Shown: positions 1-8,903, counted from the stretch's first letter. The stretch is DNA of 54,537 nucleotides from Hyphomicrobiaceae bacterium (GCA_035440865.1 DAORNH010000002.1:1-54537); one strand, 5' to 3'. Translations and numbers: made by a program. Notes: generated by a model from the letters alone, not told the origin.

Positions 1-214
1 CGAGGCGGCCTGCTCTGTCCCACGTATAGTCATAGTCCAGCCCACCCGGCAGACCACTGGCAAAGCGTATGTCCTGAGACACCACCGCCCCGAACTGGTC
101 ATAAGTGAACGCCACCGTTGACACATTGCCCCCCGCGCCAGAACCGGCAGCCCCCGTGCCCCCGCATCCGCGCCATAGCGCGGAGAGGCGAGATTGGTGA
201 CCGGAGATCAGTAG
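1..214 (-). CDS. RHS/YD-repeat protein fragment. It continues past the left edge, has no credible start codon, and is absent from the ORF track.
   Basis: Reverse-strand translation of 2-130 gives GNVSTVAFTYDQFGAVVSQDIRFASGLPGGLDYDYTWDRAGRL, which is consecutive YD-repeat motifs. The frame stays open back to the stop of the upstream gene. Confidence 0.6.
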
Positions 215-224
215 AGTCTTCCAT

Positions 225-689
225 TCAGGGCATTTGCTCCAAGAGCAACCGCCCGCAGGGTTTTTCCGGAAGCTTTAAGTATTGGCTAAGCATGAAGCTG
301 GCAATTTCGACACCATTCTCGCTGGCCTTCTTTAGCCAGAACAATCCCCGCCTATTCAACTCAGTATCTAACTCTTCGCAATAAATGACACCGATTGCTG
401 ACATGGCGCCGGCCTCACCATTCTCAGCCGAAATCAATATCCATTTTTTTGCCATTTCAGTGTTGAACATGCAGAGATAGTAGTGATTGGCTACAGCCGC
501 GCTTGCCATGATGTCACCGCTGAGCCCATTAGGGATTGCGGCCTCCAACGCCTCTGCTGAAAGACAAAAGCGCGCATTCATGCCAGCTTGTTCTTCGGGA
601 GCCTTCTGCTCTGGCACGTCTGCAAATGCGCACACAAGAGATGAAGCCCAAAGCAGTGCTGAAAGAAACGTCTGTCCACACATTTTCAT
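225..689 (-). CDS. Secreted Sel1-like repeat protein, putative immunity protein for rhs cassette 1
   Basis: Start chosen at MKMCGQTFLSALLWASSLVCAFA (signal-peptide-like), 10 nt after the cassette 1 stop. SLR-like repeats are visible (AKKWILISAENGEAGAMSAIGVIY, GLFWLKKASENG). The gene is AT-richer than its surroundings. Confidence 0.6.
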   Translation of the reverse strand: MKMCGQTFLSALLWASSLVCAFADVPEQKAPEEQAGMNARFCLSAEALEAAIPNGLSGDIMASAAVANHYYLCMFNTEMAKKWILISAENGEAGAMSAIGVIYCEELDTELNRRGLFWLKKASENGVEIASFMLSQYLKLPEKPCGRLLLEQMP

Positions 690-699
690 TTTGATCTCC

Positions 700-1833
700 T
701 CAGCGTGGATAGTAGATTCGCCATTCTCCACCCGGATCCAGCCAGAAATTGCCATTTTCGTAGTTGAGGTGCACAAGACTCGTTGCCGCTACCACGGGAT
801 GCCCTGATGCATCTGCAAGGGCTTGAGCATATTCAAGCCCGGTCGGAGTAGTTCCACCGCCGTAGCAGCTCAGGAGCCGAATTGTCTGGCCGGGTTTGAG
901 ATTCGCCAACGCTGCCGAGTAGTGATAGTTGACTTCCAAGTACGGCAGCAAGCTCTCGGGGCTGATCGGCGTTTGCGTACCAAAGTTTGCGCGCGAGTCA
1001 ACTATCCCGCCGCTTATGACACCGTGCCCGGCAATGACAAACTCATCCTGTGGGAACAATGCCTTGCTCGCGCCGTTCGTTAAACCCGTACCTCCAATGT
1101 CCATTATTACATCAGCACCACGCTTGTAGTTGCTCCCAACTGGCGCATATATCTCGCCCGATGTTACAGACGTGCTGGAAATATTCGCAGCGGGACCCGC
1201 AAGCAATCCTCTGTCTAGAGTCCCTGTCGCCGCTTGCTCCACCTTACCACTCCCACCGCCGAACCCTGCTGAGCTTGCGAGGCCGATCGCACTTCGGATG
1301 ATGCCGAACACGCGGCCCGCGCCGGGATATGCATCTTCCAGCGCCATCGTAATTGCGGTGTCGATGGCATAGTTGATGGCATAATTGACCAGCAATCCCG
1401 CAAACGCGCTGGCTGACAGTTCGCCCGCCGCCAGCTGGAGCAGGGGCACGATGAACTGGAAGAATCCCCCGCTCGGATCCGTCCCCGCCATGGGGTTGCC
1501 CATGCCGTAGGTATAGAGATTGAGCGATTGCTTGTAGCCGACCGGGTCCACCTGCATGAACCGGCCGATGAGCGGCATGTAGGTGCGGGCGCGGGCATAA
1601 TAGATGCCGATCTCGCGGTCATATTGATGGCCGGTATAGCCGAAGATGGTGGGGATGGAGCCCGTGGTCACCCCATAGGGCGAGTATTTCGCCTGGCCGG
1701 TGATCGCGCCATCATTGCTGGCCGTGGCGATGATGGAGCCAAGGCGATCCGCGTGCAGGAAGGTTTTGGCACCCGTGGCGCGCTCCACCACCAGGAAGGG
1801 CCTGGAGCGAACCTTAGAGAGCGACCGCTTCAC
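700..1833 (-). CDS. Orphan rhs C-terminal cassette 1: RHS core end plus a variable toxin domain. It is 5'-truncated and frame-disrupted upstream.
   Basis: Contains GYTGHQYDREIGIYYARARTYMPLIGRFMQVDPVGYKQSLNLYTYGMGNPMAGTDPSGG, the RHS core terminus with the PxxxxDPxG motif, followed by a unique ~255-aa C-terminus. DNA homology to the other cassettes continues to ~1921 but is broken by a non-homologous segment at ~1802-1848. Confidence 0.85.
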   Translation of the reverse strand: MKRSLSKVRSRPFLVVERATGAKTFLHADRLGSIIATASNDGAITGQAKYSPYGVTTGSIPTIFGYTGHQYDREIGIYYARARTYMPLIGRFMQVDPVGYKQSLNLYTYGMGNPMAGTDPSGGFFQFIVPLLQLAAGELSASAFAGLLVNYAINYAIDTAITMALEDAYPGAGRVFGIIRSAIGLASSAGFGGGSGKVEQAATGTLDRGLLAGPAANISSTSVTSGEIYAPVGSNYKRGADVIMDIGGTGLTNGASKALFPQDEFVIAGHGVISGGIVDSRANFGTQTPISPESLLPYLEVNYHYSAALANLKPGQTIRLLSCYGGGTTPTGLEYAQALADASGHPVVAATSLVHLNYENGNFWLDPGGEWRIYYPR

Positions 1834-1921
1834 TCAATAATCGCGCCGGGCGCATAGATGAACCGCCGAAGCAGGGCAGAAACATCCCACAGGCCCGAAA
1901 ACTCCGCGACCGTGTTCTCGC
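1465..1921. repeat. rhs core-end homology block, copy 1 (interrupted at ~1802-1848)
   Basis: Long near-identical DNA stretches shared with 3186-3606 and 4931-5353, for example ggcatgtaggtgcgggcgcgggcataatagatgccgatctcgcggtcatattgatggccggtatagccgaagat. Confidence 0.85.
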
Positions 1922-1929
1922 CCGCGAAA

Positions 1930-2451
1930 CTATTCAATAGTCAAACTCGGGAAAACCAGCATAGCCTCATCATCGACGCATGCATTGGCATACAGGATAA
2001 CGCTCAAGCGCAGTTTGCCGTCCGCAGGATTCCACCAAGCGCCGCCAAACTTCCCAAAACTCACATACGGCAGGCCCTCCCGAGTCTCAACCTCGCCGAT
2101 CAGGGTTATCGTCAGTTTGCCTTCGACTCGCGTAAGGGAATAGTCTGGGAAGGTCATTCGGTCGGCGCTCAAGACGCGATTGTATACCTCCCATCCAAAA
2201 TAGGATTTCATATCGCGGTTGCTGACATCAAGATTTTCAAGGAGATACGCTTCATCGAGATCAAATGGGGCGTTCTTTATTTCGAGAACAACCTCCATTT
2301 TGTCACCACTTGTATAATTTCCCGTTTTCAAGACTAAGCTCGAACCTTCTAGACCAGTAATCGCTGGGCATTCTTGTCTGCAACCGGCTGCCAACACAGT
2401 CGCGAGCACGACGAATGCCAGACTGCGGACCCTCCTTTGTGTACCGATCAT
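1930..2451 (-). CDS. Lipoprotein, putative immunity protein for rhs cassette 2
   Basis: Lipobox LAAGC follows a signal sequence. The start overlaps the cassette 2 stop (4-nt overlap). AT-richer composition. Confidence 0.6.
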   Translation of the reverse strand: MIGTQRRVRSLAFVVLATVLAAGCRQECPAITGLEGSSLVLKTGNYTSGDKMEVVLEIKNAPFDLDEAYLLENLDVSNRDMKSYFGWEVYNRVLSADRMTFPDYSLTRVEGKLTITLIGEVETREGLPYVSFGKFGGAWWNPADGKLRLSVILYANACVDDEAMLVFPSLTIE

Positions 2452-3812
2452 CGGTAACCTCCGCTACAAATGACACTGCCGTTGCCGCAAAGAATGGCTG
2501 CCTTCCAGCGCGGGTACACCTCAATGCCGGTCAGATCAAGGTAGTCAACGATCTTGGCTCCAGGGCCTGTGAACACGTCCCATTTGTAAGTCAGGTCCGC
2601 CCATGCACCCACCCTGTTTGAGAAAATGTCTTCTGCCATGAAAGCGGAATCCAGTTGTTGCTGAAGTTGATCGAGCTCGATTGCTCCCATCATCAATTCG
2701 CTCGATGGGCCAGCTCCAAACGCCTCATATGCCGAGACAGCGTGTTGAAGATCGAACCATCCTTCAGAAGTGAGTGTGTAGCGGGAGTCGCGTGGCACCC
2801 GGAGTCCTGCCATCAGGCTGATGTCTTCAGTGTAGGATGACTCATCGGCAGCCTTGTCTATCACTGATGCCAAATTCTGAGGTTCGACGTATGAACTTAG
2901 TCGGCTGCCTTCAGTGAGGTATGGTACGATTGCAGCGGCGCCCGCTTTAACGGCACCGCCTGCAAATTCTACCACCTTTCCCGGCCCCGACCCTGCAAAC
3001 ACCGACTGGCCAAGGCCATAGATAGACAAGGCCGTGCCGACGGCGGTTCCCGCTCCGGGAGAGAGATAGTCAAGGCCGCGCAGTAGCCCTTCGGTCAGCA
3101 CAGTTTCGATCAGCGTGCTGACAAACGCACTTGCGCTGATCTCGCCTAACAAGAACTGTGCGAACGGGATGATCAGTCCGATGAACGCTCCACTGGGATC
3201 GGTGTGGGCGACGGGATTTCCGAGGCCATAGGTATAGAGATTGAGCGACTGCTTGTAGCCAACGGGGTCCACCTGCATGAACCGGCCCAGCATCGGCATG
3301 TAGGTGCGGGCGCGGGCATAATAGATGCCGATCTCGCGGTCATATTGATGGCCGGTATAGCCGAAGATCGTGGGGATCGATCCGGCAGTCACCCCATAAG
3401 GCGAGTATTTCGCCTGGCCGGTGATCGCGCCATCATTGCTGGCGGTGGCGATGATGGAGCCAAGGCGATCCGCATGCAGAAAGGTCTTTGCACCTGTGGC
3501 GCGTTCCACCACCAGGAAGGGCGTCGAGGCCCCCGGCGCATAGATGAACCGCCGCAGCAGGGCCGAGACATCCCATAGGCCCGAGAACTCCGCGACCGTG
3601 TTCTCGCCATCCGCGAAGAAGAAGCTGGTGCGCGTGCCCGCCGGGCCGCTGATCGTCAGCCGGTCGCGCCTGCCCGCCGGGTCATAACCCATGGTGGCGG
3701 AACCGTTCATGCCCAGCCCAATCTTCGGAAGAGGGGCCGCCCAGACCACCGCCGAGGTCATGCGGAAAATGTCAGGTGATTGCCGTTCTTGTACAGCTTT
3801 TGTTCGCACCAC
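2448..3812 (-). CDS. Orphan rhs C-terminal cassette 2: a few YD repeats, the core end and a variable toxin domain
   Basis: GYDPAGRRDRLT YD repeat, then the same core end (...RFMQVDPVGYKQSLNLYTYGLGNPVAHTDPSGA), then a unique C-terminus. Confidence 0.85.
   Translation of the reverse strand: MVRTKAVQERQSPDIFRMTSAVVWAAPLPKIGLGMNGSATMGYDPAGRRDRLTISGPAGTRTSFFFADGENTVAEFSGLWDVSALLRRFIYAPGASTPFLVVERATGAKTFLHADRLGSIIATASNDGAITGQAKYSPYGVTAGSIPTIFGYTGHQYDREIGIYYARARTYMPMLGRFMQVDPVGYKQSLNLYTYGLGNPVAHTDPSGAFIGLIIPFAQFLLGEISASAFVSTLIETVLTEGLLRGLDYLSPGAGTAVGTALSIYGLGQSVFAGSGPGKVVEFAGGAVKAGAAAIVPYLTEGSRLSSYVEPQNLASVIDKAADESSYTEDISLMAGLRVPRDSRYTLTSEGWFDLQHAVSAYEAFGAGPSSELMMGAIELDQLQQQLDSAFMAEDIFSNRVGAWADLTYKWDVFTGPGAKIVDYLDLTGIEVYPRWKAAILCGNGSVICSGGYR
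3186..3606. repeat. rhs core-end homology block, copy 2
   Basis: Same shared DNA as copies 1 and 3. Here the RHS coding sequence continues upstream. Confidence 0.85.
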
Positions 3813-3824
3813 CCCGGAGCCCTA

Positions 3825-4139
3825 TCAATATTTCATAAAGGTAAAAATAACCGCTATCATGACCAACACAAGAGATAATATAAATATCACTCTGAACACG
3901 TAAATACTTATAAGAATAAAACCATCAGTTTCTCTGATTATTTTTCTCGAAAGCAAAATGAACCGATAAACTCGAAGCGAACCCGACCAATTGTAAACAA
4001 AATATCTACCGAGGCTGCGCTCCTGTCGGAACTCAGGATGAACAATCCAAATGATGAGGTCTACAAAGAAACCAAATACCATTGTTCCACAAAGTAAAGC
4101 AACAGACCACACAACAGAATCGAATTCCATTTTATTCAT
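3825..4139 (-). CDS. Small multi-pass membrane protein, putative immunity protein for rhs cassette 3
   Basis: 104 aa with hydrophobic helices (VVWSVALLCGTMVFGFFVDLIIWIV; ILSLVLVMIAVIFTF). Clearly AT-rich. Lies directly downstream of cassette 3. Confidence 0.55.
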   Translation of the reverse strand: MNKMEFDSVVWSVALLCGTMVFGFFVDLIIWIVHPEFRQERSLGRYFVYNWSGSLRVYRFILLSRKIIRETDGFILISIYVFRVIFILSLVLVMIAVIFTFMKY

Positions 4140-4147
4140 CCTCCATA

Positions 4148-5371
4148 TTACTTAAAGACGTTCTTTTTATACACGCCGAGAAAAGTACTATAACCAGCCG
4201 TTGGTCCGTCAACGCTCAGCGAGATGTAGTATGCTGAAGTGTCGGGATTGTAGTAAAATGTCCCGGTGAACGAAACGGGCAGGATCGGGTGAATTTGGCC
4301 AGTGACCGTGGCAGCAAGCCCCCAACCAGAAGGGTCGCGCCTCTGTGCCTCGAAAAGTGTAATTGAGCCTGCAAAGTCTGGCTTCGCGGACGCGCCAGCA
4401 CCAATGCCCAGTCCATAGTCTGTCGTCCCATCGCTGTTAACTTGCAAGGTCAAAGCGCCGTAATAGCCTACTGTTCCGGACACGCTGGCATTTTCTGCTA
4501 GACTGTCGAGAGCGTCATCGATGGTGCAGGAGATAAAGCACCGCCTCATTTCGGCATGATCACGCTGGACGATATTTTCTAAGTACCAGTCGTCAGGATC
4601 GAGTGGGTCATGCTTTGGCGTCTGGAATCCGTAGCCTAGGCCGACTCCATCGCCAACACCGAAATGGCCAGACAGCCCACCCCCATTGACCGGGCCCCCA
4701 TGGGCTGCGTTCTTTATTGCTCCCGCGCCACCTCCAAACCCGGGCGAGGTGATGAATCCGACCACGGTTCGCACGATGCCCAGCACCTGGCCTGCGCCGG
4801 GTATCAGCATGTCGAGCCCGCGTGTGACGAGTTCGCCAATCGCGATCTCGGCAATGGTACTCAGGAACGCGGTTGCTGTCAGCTCGCCAATGGCAAATTG
4901 GATCGCCGCAATGCCCAACCCGATGAAGAACCCCCCGCTCGGATCCGTCCCCGCCATGGGGTTGCCCATGCCATAGGTATAGAGGTTGAGCGACTGCTTG
5001 TAGCCAACGGGGTCCACCTGCATGAAGCGGCCGATGAGCGGCATGTAGGTGCGGGCGCGGGCATAATAGATGCCGATCTCGCGGTCATATTGATGGCCGG
5101 TATAGCCGAAGATGGTGGGGATGGAGCCCGTGGTCACCCCATAGGGCGAGTATTTCGCCTGGCCGGTGATCGCGCCGTTGGCGTTCGCAGTGGCGATGAT
5201 GGAGCCAAGCCGATCCGCATGCAGGAAGGTTTTGGCGCCCGTTGCGCGTTCAACCACCAGGAAGGGTGTGGAAGCGCCCGGCGCATAGATGAACCGTCGC
5301 AACAGCGCACTGGCATCCCACAGGCCGGAGAATTCGGCCACGGTGTTTTCGCTACAAGCGCGGCCAGGCAA
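4148..5371 (-). CDS. Orphan rhs C-terminal cassette 3: core end plus a variable toxin domain, 5'-truncated
   Basis: ENTVAEFSGLWDASALLRRFIYAPG...DPSGG is shared with cassettes 1 and 2. The C-terminus is unique and Gly-rich/beta-rich. The first 7 codons are unrelated to RHS. Confidence 0.85.
   Translation of the reverse strand: MPGRACSENTVAEFSGLWDASALLRRFIYAPGASTPFLVVERATGAKTFLHADRLGSIIATANANGAITGQAKYSPYGVTTGSIPTIFGYTGHQYDREIGIYYARARTYMPLIGRFMQVDPVGYKQSLNLYTYGMGNPMAGTDPSGGFFIGLGIAAIQFAIGELTATAFLSTIAEIAIGELVTRGLDMLIPGAGQVLGIVRTVVGFITSPGFGGGAGAIKNAAHGGPVNGGGLSGHFGVGDGVGLGYGFQTPKHDPLDPDDWYLENIVQRDHAEMRRCFISCTIDDALDSLAENASVSGTVGYYGALTLQVNSDGTTDYGLGIGAGASAKPDFAGSITLFEAQRRDPSGWGLAATVTGQIHPILPVSFTGTFYYNPDTSAYYISLSVDGPTAGYSTFLGVYKKNVFK
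4931..5353. repeat. rhs core-end homology block, copy 3
   Basis: Same shared DNA. Homology stops at the same codon (G-ENTV) as in copy 1. Confidence 0.85.
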
Positions 5372-5639
5372 AGTGCGAAGCGGTTCGCCGTCCGGCCGCG
5401 CGTTCTCAGCCTGAGATACAAGCTGAGTTGGGTGCCGGTATGGACACTCAGAAAATGGCGGAGCCGGAGTCCGAAATAGGATGATTCATCAGCATACGTC
5501 CTAGTTTCAATTCGTTCGGGAATGTAGTAAAAGACTGGCATTCGCGGTGGGTGCCGGTTTCTGCGTGTACGCAGCCGTTTCCCTGAATCCGCGCCCGATA
5601 ATGGGACCAGAATGTGGGCCCGAAAGGTGACGGACAATT

Positions 5640-6899
5640 ATGGCGCGTGCCTTGAACAAGCTGAGTGCCCGGGCAGTTGCTACCCTTCGCACGCCGGGCC
5701 GTCATGGCGATGGCGGCGGCCTCTATCTGGCCATCTCGGCCGATGGCACGCGGCGGCGCTGGGTGTTTCTGTACACGCTGAGAGGCCAGCGGCGGGAAAT
5801 GGGTCTGGGTGCAGTGGCGGACGTGTCCCTCGCAGAGGCCCGCGAGAAGGCGATGGAAGCCCGCCGGATAGTCAAGGCAGGCACGGACCCCATCGCGGCC
5901 CGGGAGGCCACCAAGGCCGCCACGCGGGCGACTGAGGCCGCTGAGAGAGCAATCGTTACCTTTGGGGCCTTTGCAGACGCCTATGTGGATCGGATGAGCC
6001 CGGCTTGGCGGAACGAAACCCACCGGGAGCAGTGGCGCACGACCTTGCGCGTTCACGCCGCAGTGCTGCGGGACATGCCGATTGACGGGGTGGATACCGA
6101 TGCCGTCTTGCGGGTGCTGGAGCCTATCTGGAACCGTATCCCCGAAACCGCTGCCCGCTTGCGCGGGCGGATCGAGAATGTGCTTGATGCAGCCAAGGTG
6201 CGGGGTCTGCGCACTGGCGAAAACCCGGCACGGTGGCGCGGGCACCTGCGCAACATCCTGCCAAAGCGCCAGCGCTTGACGCGTGGCCACCATGCAGCCA
6301 TGCCCTTCGCTCAAGTGCCATCCTTCCTGAGTGCCCTGCGTGCCCGGCAGTCAACCGCCGCACGCGCACTGGAGTTCTGCATTTTGACGGCGGCCCGTAC
6401 GGGCGAGGTCTTGGGGGCGCAATGGGATGAATTTGACCTTGATGCGGCTATCTGGACGGTTCCGGCCACGCGCATGAAGGCCCAGCGCGAGCACCGGGTG
6501 CCGCTTTGTGCGCGGGCGGTGGTAGTCATCCGCGAGATGGCGTTGGCCAGAATGGGCGCGCACGTCTTTCCGGGCCATCGCGCGTCTGGCCTGTCCAACA
6601 TGGCGATGGCTAAAGCGCTGGAAGCAAGTGGACAAGGTGCCTTCACCGTGCACGGCTTCCGGAGCAGCTTCCGAGACTGGGCTGCCGAGGCCACCAGCTT
6701 TCCCAGCGACATTTGCGAAATGGCACTTGCGCACACGATTGGCAACAAGGTGGAAGCAGCCTATCGGCGGGGTGATCTCTTCAATCGCCGCCGCGAATTG
6801 ATGGAGGCATGGGGCCGCTATTGCGCGGATGCTGAGCGCGGCGTGATTCGGCTGGTCGACTTGCCGAAAGACGCATTGCGCAATAAAATTGCGAGCTAA
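5640..6899 (+). CDS. int: Tyrosine recombinase/integrase, P4-like with an N-terminal Arm DNA-binding domain
   Basis: N-terminus LSARAVATLRTPGRHGDGGGLYLAISADGTRRRWVFLY (DUF4102-type). C-terminal catalytic region HGFRSSFRDWAAE...LAHTIGNKVEAAYRRGD. Confidence 0.92.
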   Translation: MARALNKLSARAVATLRTPGRHGDGGGLYLAISADGTRRRWVFLYTLRGQRREMGLGAVADVSLAEAREKAMEARRIVKAGTDPIAAREATKAATRATEAAERAIVTFGAFADAYVDRMSPAWRNETHREQWRTTLRVHAAVLRDMPIDGVDTDAVLRVLEPIWNRIPETAARLRGRIENVLDAAKVRGLRTGENPARWRGHLRNILPKRQRLTRGHHAAMPFAQVPSFLSALRARQSTAARALEFCILTAARTGEVLGAQWDEFDLDAAIWTVPATRMKAQREHRVPLCARAVVVIREMALARMGAHVFPGHRASGLSNMAMAKALEASGQGAFTVHGFRSSFRDWAAEATSFPSDICEMALAHTIGNKVEAAYRRGDLFNRRRELMEAWGRYCADAERGVIRLVDLPKDALRNKIAS

Positions 6900-7081
6900 G
6901 TCTGACGCGTGCCCATCATCGGGCATCAAGAGCTTGCTGGCAAAAACCGCATGATCCCCCAACCCTGCCAATTTTACGGGCGCGGGGAAAAGGCTGCTCC
7001 TCACGCTTGCAAATTTCAGCTGCTCGCACTCTTTCTGGGTCGCGCGTGTACCGCCGCGCACACACATGGAGAGGCAGACGA

Positions 7082-7990
7082 ATGGGCAGCACCAACGGGC
7101 GCGAAACATATCGCCGCGCAAAGAAGCGGCAAAAGTCACTCTCACCTGACCATATCATTGGAACAGTGGGCGCATACTGGGAAGGCGAGACCCACAACTT
7201 CACCAAAGAGGACTTTGCGGAGCTGCATCGGCTGGCTAAGCGGGCGGGGTCAAAGGCGACGCTGGAAGAAGTCCACGACCGGGCAACCCAAGTTGCAGGC
7301 GAAGTGCATGAGGTGCTGCACAATCTGACAGGTGTCATGCCAGCGAGCGAGCGGGCGAAGAGTGCATCGCTGATCCACTCGGCAATTGGCCAGATTGAAC
7401 GGGCGCTGGGCTACTATCAATGGGATGAGGATGCGCTATGGCGAACGAACGGTGCGGGCGGTTCAATCGCTATGCTGGAGCGATTGGCAAGCCATGCCTT
7501 TGTGCAGACCAACAAACTGGACCGGGAAGACGCGCAAAATTTGCGAAAAGATGAAACCGCAATCTCACGGAGGCTGCGGGCGCTGCAAATCGGAGTGCCC
7601 TATAAGGGCGAGTTGCCACCACCGCGACATTGGCGGGGAATTGCGATTGACAGCGCCATCAACACTCTTCCGGTGCGCCTCAGAGTCCTTCGCCTCGCAT
7701 GTGAGAGTTTCCTGCAAGCCCCGCCTGCAAAACGCCCGCGCGTCAAGACACTCCGGCTGGGCGATAGATTCATCCGCTCTGCCAGTGACGCATGGCGAGA
7801 ATTGACCGGCAAGCGGACGCGTTACATCAATCTCGAATTTGCAATGGTGCTCGCCCGGGGAATTGGAATGTCCGTGAGCAAAGATGCTCTCAGAGGCCTG
7901 ATTTACCGGGAAGCAAAGCGGCTTGCTGGGCCTGTTGGCAACAAAATCCCGATCCCGGCCATCACCGCAGCAGCAAACCGGCAAGTTTGA
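7082..7990 (+). CDS. Hypothetical protein, paralog A of a tandem pair
   Basis: Start taken at the internal ATG (MGSTNGRETYRR). Shares collinear motifs with the next gene (W..E.H.F..DFAE.H; LP..L.VL.LAC..); no family recognised. Confidence 0.55.
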   Translation: MGSTNGRETYRRAKKRQKSLSPDHIIGTVGAYWEGETHNFTKEDFAELHRLAKRAGSKATLEEVHDRATQVAGEVHEVLHNLTGVMPASERAKSASLIHSAIGQIERALGYYQWDEDALWRTNGAGGSIAMLERLASHAFVQTNKLDREDAQNLRKDETAISRRLRALQIGVPYKGELPPPRHWRGIAIDSAINTLPVRLRVLRLACESFLQAPPAKRPRVKTLRLGDRFIRSASDAWRELTGKRTRYINLEFAMVLARGIGMSVSKDALRGLIYREAKRLAGPVGNKIPIPAITAAANRQV

Positions 7991-7994
7991 CTCA

Positions 7995-8903
7995 ATGCCG
8001 CTGCGATCAAGAAAGCCGCCACGGTACAAAAGGCCAACCCGCCTGGAGCGGATTCGGTCGGTACAAGACAGGCCCGAAGGACCCGCCGGGCGACTTTGGA
8101 ATGATGAAAAGCACTTGTTCAATGAAGCCGACTTCGCAGAATTTCATGCGATTGCGCAAGGCGGAGGGCGAGATATGTCCCTCCGACGCGTAAGGCAGAT
8201 CGTGACCCGGGCGGCGATCAATTTCTACGATGACCGGATTCTGGGTGCCGACAAGATGACACCTGGCGAAAAAGTAAGGCATGTCGAAGCGATACGCCGC
8301 GCTGTCAGAGAACTTGAGGGCCGGATTGGCATAGAGGTGATTCCTGAAGGCGAGAAAGTCGCCTCTGGAAGCCGCTCCCAGATTCTCGGTGAGCTGACCA
8401 TCGAAGCTCAGAAATTGGAGCGTTCTTTGGATTTGGGGTGGTTGGCCCGAATTGACAAGAGCACGCTCCAGATCGCGAGGACCCTTCGGTCCATCGCCGA
8501 GCGCCTTTGCCGGAAGTCGCCACTCGACGTCCCCGGACACAACCCGCGCAGCGGCAAGCTGTATGACATCATGGCATTGTTGCCGACATATCTTTGCGTG
8601 CTGTCACTTGCCTGTGACGCATGGCTTCTGAACCCGCCTGAGAAGCAGCCAAAGCGCGCACTTGGTTCGGTGAATAGGACTTTCCTCCATGCCGCAAATG
8701 GGGCGTACCAGCAAATCACGGGCTTAAGTCTCAGCCGCTCCCGCCAATCCATTGCTTTTGCTCGCAGAATGGCCGGCGGGATGGGCTTTGATATTACAGA
8801 TCCTGCCCTCCGAAGCCTTCTGTCCCGCAACCAAGCCGGGACGACCAAGGGCTACCAAGTCCGCCGCCGTGCTCAAACTGCCAAAAAAACAGTTCCAGTT
8901 TGA
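7995..8903 (+). CDS. Hypothetical protein, paralog B of a tandem pair
   Basis: Starts at MPLRSRKPPRY, 5 nt after the paralog A stop. Same length class (~302 aa) and the same motif order as paralog A. Confidence 0.55.
   Translation: MPLRSRKPPRYKRPTRLERIRSVQDRPEGPAGRLWNDEKHLFNEADFAEFHAIAQGGGRDMSLRRVRQIVTRAAINFYDDRILGADKMTPGEKVRHVEAIRRAVRELEGRIGIEVIPEGEKVASGSRSQILGELTIEAQKLERSLDLGWLARIDKSTLQIARTLRSIAERLCRKSPLDVPGHNPRSGKLYDIMALLPTYLCVLSLACDAWLLNPPEKQPKRALGSVNRTFLHAANGAYQQITGLSLSRSRQSIAFARRMAGGMGFDITDPALRSLLSRNQAGTTKGYQVRRRAQTAKKTVPV

Noticed and set aside
5455-5500. Possible tRNA 3' end (reverse complement ...TTCGGACTCCGGCTCCGCCA) next to the integrase
   Set aside because: No T-stem pairing, a non-canonical T-loop, and no matching 5' acceptor strand. 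At best it is a remnant and it cannot be supported as a tRNA.
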